Source: Massilia sp. W12
Lineage (GTDB): Bacteria > Pseudomonadota > Gammaproteobacteria > Burkholderiales > Burkholderiaceae_D
NCBI RefSeq assembly: GCF_037300705.1
Contig: NZ_CP147776.1
Span: 5,026,857 to 5,090,856, forward strand
Direction of reading: 5' to 3'
DNA: 64,000 nt
Of the stretch, positions 60,139-64,000 are shown piece after piece. Positions within the stretch are counted from its first letter, which is position 1, and every line of letters begins with the position of its first letter. A program made the translations under genes and the position numbers. The notes beneath the pieces are model-generated. The model did not search any database. It saw nothing but the letters and a program-made list of their open reading frames with translations, and was not told where the DNA came from.

Positions 60139-61707
60139 ATGCTGGGCGCTTTGCTGCTCTTACTGGGCGGGATACTGGCGCTGTTGTATATGCGCGCCCA
60201 GACGTTCGGCCAGTTGAATCAAGAGCATGTCTTGCTGGCGCTGCGCGAAATGCGCGAGCTGGATGCGCAATGGGATGTCAACATCCTGAAATCGCACACC
60301 GGCTTGAATCACGATTACGATCCCGTCACCACCCCATTGCGCCATATGCGCGAGACCATCAAAGTACTGGAAGAAGCGTGCCGCTTCAGCAAAACCAGCG
60401 CGCCGCGTCAGGAATTGGCGAATTTGAAAGCGGCGCTGGAAAAAAAGGAAAAACTGGTTGAGCGCTTCAAGTCGCAGCATGCGATTTTGCGCAACTCACT
60501 GATTTACTTTCCCAGCGCAATCGATGAGTTCAAGATCGAAATCGACAATCAGGCGGCCACCCTGCCGGCGCTCAAGGCGCAATTGCTGTATGCGCTGGAT
60601 ACCCGCATCAATGGCGTGCAAGCCGATATTCTGCGTTTCAACCTGCATCCTGAAGCGGCGCTGGGCGAGCGCATCAGCACCCAATTGCTGCAACTCGAAC
60701 AGCAGCGCGCCATGTATCCTGAGAGTGTGGGCGAACACCTGGCCCAGCTCAGCGCCCATGTGCAGGCGATTTTGCGTCAGCGCGTAATTGAGGCCGGCCT
60801 GTTAAACGGCATCACCGGCGCGCCGACTTCCGCGATTTTGAATAATCTGAGCGACGCCTTTGTGATTGAATTTGACTTGATGGCGCAGCAGCGCCAGAAA
60901 GACCGCCTGTATCTGTTTCTCTATTCCGGTTTTCTGCTGATGGTCTTGATGTTGCTGGCCAGCCGCCTGATTAAGAGTTATCAGATGGTGGCGCAAATGA
61001 ACCGCCGCCTGGTGTCGGCCAATGAATTGCTGGAGCAGCGCGTGGCCGAGCGTACCGCCGAACTGGAAGCGCAATCGGCGCGCTTGGCCGAATTGGCCAC
61101 CCATGACGCCCTGACCGGCCTGGTGAATTGCGCCCACCTGATGACCTTGCTGGCGCGCGCCCTGTTGCGTTCCGAGCGGCGCGGCAGCATCGTGGTGGTG
61201 ATGTTTATCGATCTGGACGGCTTCAAGGCTGTGAACGACACTTGGGGACATCATGCCGGCGACCTGGTACTGAAGGAAGTGGCGCAAAAAGTGCCAAGTA
61301 AATTGCGCGCCGAAGACACCTTGGCGCGCCTGGGCGGCGATGAATTTGTGATTTTGCTGGAAGACGCCAGCACGCGCGAAGGCGCGATCCGCGTGGCGCA
61401 GGAAGCCTTGCGCCAAATCGAAAGCGTGACCGAAGTCGCCGGCCACGCAGTCAAAATCTCGGCCAGCATCGGCATTTCCAGCGTGCAAGGCCGCATCGGC
61501 GCCTCGTATTCCGCCGACGCTTTGCTGGACGAAGCCGACCACGCGATGTACCAGGCCAAACAGGCCGGCAAAGGCTGCATCCGCTTCAACCAAAACGCCC
61601 AATTCCGCACCCCGCTGGAACCGCTGCCCCCACCTGCTGCGACAGAAGAGGATGAGGCCCCCGTCTCGATCCAGGAGGGGGAGGATGAGGCGGAGCATAG
61701 TGCTTGA
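60139..61707 (+). CDS. Membrane-anchored sensor diguanylate cyclase (GGDEF).
   Basis: Two TM segments flanking a periplasmic region, coiled-coil, then …ATHDALTGLVNCAHL…MFIDLDGFKAVND…RLGGDEFVILL… GGDEF A-site. Confidence 0.85.
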   Translation: MLGALLLLLGGILALLYMRAQTFGQLNQEHVLLALREMRELDAQWDVNILKSHTGLNHDYDPVTTPLRHMRETIKVLEEACRFSKTSAPRQELANLKAALEKKEKLVERFKSQHAILRNSLIYFPSAIDEFKIEIDNQAATLPALKAQLLYALDTRINGVQADILRFNLHPEAALGERISTQLLQLEQQRAMYPESVGEHLAQLSAHVQAILRQRVIEAGLLNGITGAPTSAILNNLSDAFVIEFDLMAQQRQKDRLYLFLYSGFLLMVLMLLASRLIKSYQMVAQMNRRLVSANELLEQRVAERTAELEAQSARLAELATHDALTGLVNCAHLMTLLARALLRSERRGSIVVVMFIDLDGFKAVNDTWGHHAGDLVLKEVAQKVPSKLRAEDTLARLGGDEFVILLEDASTREGAIRVAQEALRQIESVTEVAGHAVKISASIGISSVQGRIGASYSADALLDEADHAMYQAKQAGKGCIRFNQNAQFRTPLEPLPPPAATEEDEAPVSIQEGEDEAEHSA

Positions 61708-61872
61708 AGACGTATGATTCGCACCCCAGTGGGGAAAGAGAGCAGCCAAAGAATTTCTTGATGGGAATTTTTTGATTATGCAATATATGCTCGCATGCCT
61801 TCTTGAGGCGCTCACTATCCCATCTTAATCTGGAGCAACCCTGCGCCGCTGGCATAGATTAATGATGACGCG

Positions 61873-62280
61873 TTGAAGAGAGCATTCCTGAGCATCAAAA
61901 AGCGCAAGATCATCGAAGAGAGTTTTGGCTGGGCGAAGACGATTGGCGGATTGCATAAGACACGATTTGTCGGCTTGGCCAAAATCAAATATCAGATGAT
62001 CTTCACCTTTGCTGTGTACAAAATGCGGATTGATGCCATGCCCGAGTTGCGAGAGAAGTATGGCTCCAGCCTTATTGCGGCAAATATGAAAAGCCAATTG
62101 TTACTATTAAAAGGGGATGATTTCCTGGATTGGGGCGCCTCCGAATATTTCGTCGAAGACGCACTTCTGCCGATTTTCCATGAGCAAGCAGATTTTGATC
62201 TATCCAGACCCAAGCAATCAAGCGCTGACCCCAGCTACACTTGCAAACCTGTCCTGATCCGCAGCAATGCAATTGCATAA
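61873..62280 (+). pseudogene. IS5-family transposase C-terminal fragment (remnant), with recognisable homology over roughly 61873-62030, in a low-GC patch.
   Basis: …RKIIEESFGWAKTIGGLHKTRFVGLAKIKYQMIFTFAVYKMRI matches IS5-family C-terminal consensus (EEAFGWxKTxGG…R.RGL.KV…). No DDE core upstream. Confidence 0.6.
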
Positions 62281-62494
62281 GATTGATTTGAAAGAAGCGC
62301 GAAAATGATTCCATTAGCCAGGCATGCAGCCTGACTAATGAAGCCCCGACAGCCGACGTGCCCATCCTATTACAAGAAGTCGATTTGCCCGCCCACGCTT
62401 GCCATGCACTTGATCCCGTTTGGCATATGTGCTTCAATGCAAAATTGATCAAGGCGCAGACTCCTGCCGTACTCAAGGATTTCAAGGGAAACTG

Positions 62495-62782
62495 ATGAGC
62501 ACCATTATCATTGACTGCAGGGACGTCAGTAGTGAAGCCGGATTTTGGCAATTGTATCTGCTAACGGTTCGCCCTGAGGGGGCACAATTCTTTGGCCGCA
62601 ATAAGAGCGCATTTCGGGATGCGATTTGCGGCGGTGGTCCGGGCTGGCCGGGCGAGGTGGATTTGCGGTTCATCCATACCGCATCTCTTGCGGCCATCGA
62701 TCAGGGCAATCTGCTGCGTTTTTTGCAGGAGATGCAAGATTTGACCCCGCGAGTGCGCATATTACCTGGCGCTGACCATTGA
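62495..62782 (+). CDS. Barstar-like (barnase-inhibitor fold) immunity-type protein, orphan.
   Basis: MSTIIIDCRDVSSEAGFWQLYLLTVRPEGAQFFGRNKSAFRDAICGGGPGWPGEVDLRFIH follows the barstar pattern (I-DG/C…S…F…L…YFG-N-DA–D-L-G…). No RNase gene is adjacent. Confidence 0.55.
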   Translation: MSTIIIDCRDVSSEAGFWQLYLLTVRPEGAQFFGRNKSAFRDAICGGGPGWPGEVDLRFIHTASLAAIDQGNLLRFLQEMQDLTPRVRILPGADH

Positions 62783-62878
62783 CAATGCAATCAGCGAGCG
62801 CCAAAACACTGCCCCGGTATATCGAATGTTTGCGCAACTTCCTGTGCATGGGCTATATGGCCACTGTTTACGCACCTC

Positions 62879-63427
62879 ATGAAACCAGCATCCCCGCCAC
62901 CCTCCATCATCTTCACCACCCCGCGCCTGTACGCCCGCCCGCTGACGCCGGCGGATGCGCCCGCCATGCACCTGGTGTATGGCGATGCCGCCGCCATGCG
63001 TTGGGTCGGCGATGGCCAGACGCTGAGCTTGGCGCAATGTGAGCAATGGGTTGAAGTAACAGAACGCAATTACGCCACGCGCGGCTATGGCATGTTTGCC
63101 CTGCTGTGCCGCGCCTCAGGTGCGGTGATCGGTTTTTGCGGTCTGGTGCATCCCGGCGGCCAGCCGGAGGCGGAAATGAAATACGCGCTGCAGCGCCAGT
63201 TTTGGGGGCAAGGCCTGGCCAGCGAAGCGGCTGCCGCCATGCTGGCCAGCGCTGCTGCGCTGTTCGGTCTGCAGCATGTCATCGCCACCGTGGCGCCGGA
63301 CAATCCGGCTTCGCAAAAAGTATTGCTGAAAGCCGGCATGCAGCGCGGGCCGCTCAGGCGCAATCAGGATGGTTCAGACACCCAGCTGTTTGCATGGCAA
63401 GCGCCTGCCAGCGCTAATGCGCGATAA
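62879..63427 (+). CDS. GNAT-family N-acetyltransferase.
   Basis: …AVIGFCGLVHPGGQPEAEMKYALQRQFWGQGLASEAAAAML… is GNAT motif A. Confidence 0.7.
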   Translation: MKPASPPPSIIFTTPRLYARPLTPADAPAMHLVYGDAAAMRWVGDGQTLSLAQCEQWVEVTERNYATRGYGMFALLCRASGAVIGFCGLVHPGGQPEAEMKYALQRQFWGQGLASEAAAAMLASAAALFGLQHVIATVAPDNPASQKVLLKAGMQRGPLRRNQDGSDTQLFAWQAPASANAR

Positions 63428-63681
63428 ATCGGCGCCCTGACGCAAGGCAGTCAGACGGCGCTGACACCGCAGGCTGGATTGACAGCGCACAGGCCAGCAC
63501 ATACTATGATGCTCCCAAAACAACACGGGTTGATTACCCGCAACATCCAGAATGGATAGTTCCTGTGACCGAAGTTGGCTGTACACATCTGCAGCCAACC
63601 CTGCCTTGGCGCAAGGTCTGCGCCCCCTGTCCGGCGCTGCCGGTTTAGCTGTAAACCCTTTCCCGTATTGCGAGGCCTGAG

Positions 63682-64000
63682 ATGGAAATTATGCTTCTGT
63701 TCGGCCTGATCGTGCTCAATGGCATGTTCGCCATGTCTGAAATCGCGCTGGTCACTGCGCGTAAAGGACGCTTGATGAAACTCGCCGCTGAAGGCGATAG
63801 CGCAGCGGCGGTGGCGCTCAAACTCGGGGAAGACCCGACCAAATTCTTATCCGCGATTCAAATCGGCATTACCTCCATCGGCCTGTTAAACGGGATCGTC
63901 GGCGAGGCGGTGTTGGCCGGCCCGTTCTCGCTCTGGATGCAAGAACTCGGCCTGCCCAAACGCCCGGCGGATATCGGCGCCACCGCGATTGTGGTGGTGG
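63682..64000 (+). CDS. CNNM/HlyC-CorC-family transporter (DUF21 N-terminal membrane domain), 5' partial that continues beyond the window.
   Basis: MEIMLLFGLIVLNGMFAMSEIALVTARKGRLMKLAAEGDSAAAVALKLGEDPTKFLSAIQIGITSIG is a canonical DUF21 start. Confidence 0.8.
   Translation, partial: MEIMLLFGLIVLNGMFAMSEIALVTARKGRLMKLAAEGDSAAAVALKLGEDPTKFLSAIQIGITSIGLLNGIVGEAVLAGPFSLWMQELGLPKRPADIGATAIVVV

Noticed and set aside
62072-62551. 159-aa minus-strand ORF spanning the IS5 remnant and the barstar-like gene start
   Set aside because: It overlaps two better-explained features on the opposite strand and has no recognisable motifs. It is likely a chance ORF in a low-GC patch.

Overview
This 64 kb window is high-GC (roughly 60-65%) and looks like a beta-proteobacterial (Burkholderiales-like) chromosome segment; that attribution is tentative. 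It is a mix of housekeeping genes and an accessory/defence neighbourhood.

From left to right:

- 1-4400: an AT-rich island. It carries a tandem array of four paralogous lipoprotein genes on a 793-bp period (two copies identical, one divergent, one frameshifted), upstream of a partial unknown gene that runs off the left edge.
- ~4440-5158: a degraded IS5-family transposase.
- 5286-13912: a PEP-CTERM protein, PBP1A (mrcA), a GNAT, a large secreted TolB-like/amidohydrolase protein ending in a (GH)4 tail, and an isoaspartyl peptidase.
- 14736-15800: an SPFH protein plus an Arc-like ribbon-helix-helix gene.
- 16167-22890, minus strand: a fatty-acid beta-oxidation operon (TetR regulator, acyl-CoA dehydrogenase, fadB-like, thioesterase, fadA). 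Upstream of its fadA end (15862-16071) lies a partial tandem duplication of the fadA 3' end plus its terminator.
- 23159-23563: hslR.
- 23640-25300: a lower-GC islet with a translationally coupled two-gene cassette, a minimal pol-beta-type nucleotidyltransferase plus a 323-aa unknown partner.
- 25477-35403, minus strand: a six-gene operon of a YjfI-like protein, a PspA/IM30 protein, a small protein, a YqiJ/NfeD-like membrane protein, a flotillin-like SPFH protein and a 1767-aa protein with an AAA+ (MoxR/AAA_5-type) ATPase module. It is driven by a promoter carrying a duplicated near-palindromic operator.
- 35598-47994: a type II-C CRISPR-Cas locus, cas9-cas1-cas2 followed by a 31-repeat array, with a divergent tracrRNA upstream of cas9. 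A second 16-repeat array with the same 36-bp repeat lies 4.7 kb away in inverted orientation. The two arrays are separated by a truncated IS4/Tn5-like element and two nested IS3-family copies. Junction sequences show an IS3 insertion into a CRISPR repeat (TT/TTC duplication) followed by inversion of the distal part of the array.
- Right of the cas genes: a PLP-dependent cysteine-synthase-family enzyme, a GNAT, a Hanks-type Ser/Thr kinase, a GFA protein, ubiE with a Tim44-like gene, a rhodanese, a 5-formyl-THF cyclo-ligase, slt, a GST, cca and a GGDEF cyclase.
- 61873-64000: an IS5 remnant next to an orphan barstar-like gene, a GNAT, and the start of a CNNM/HlyC-type transporter.
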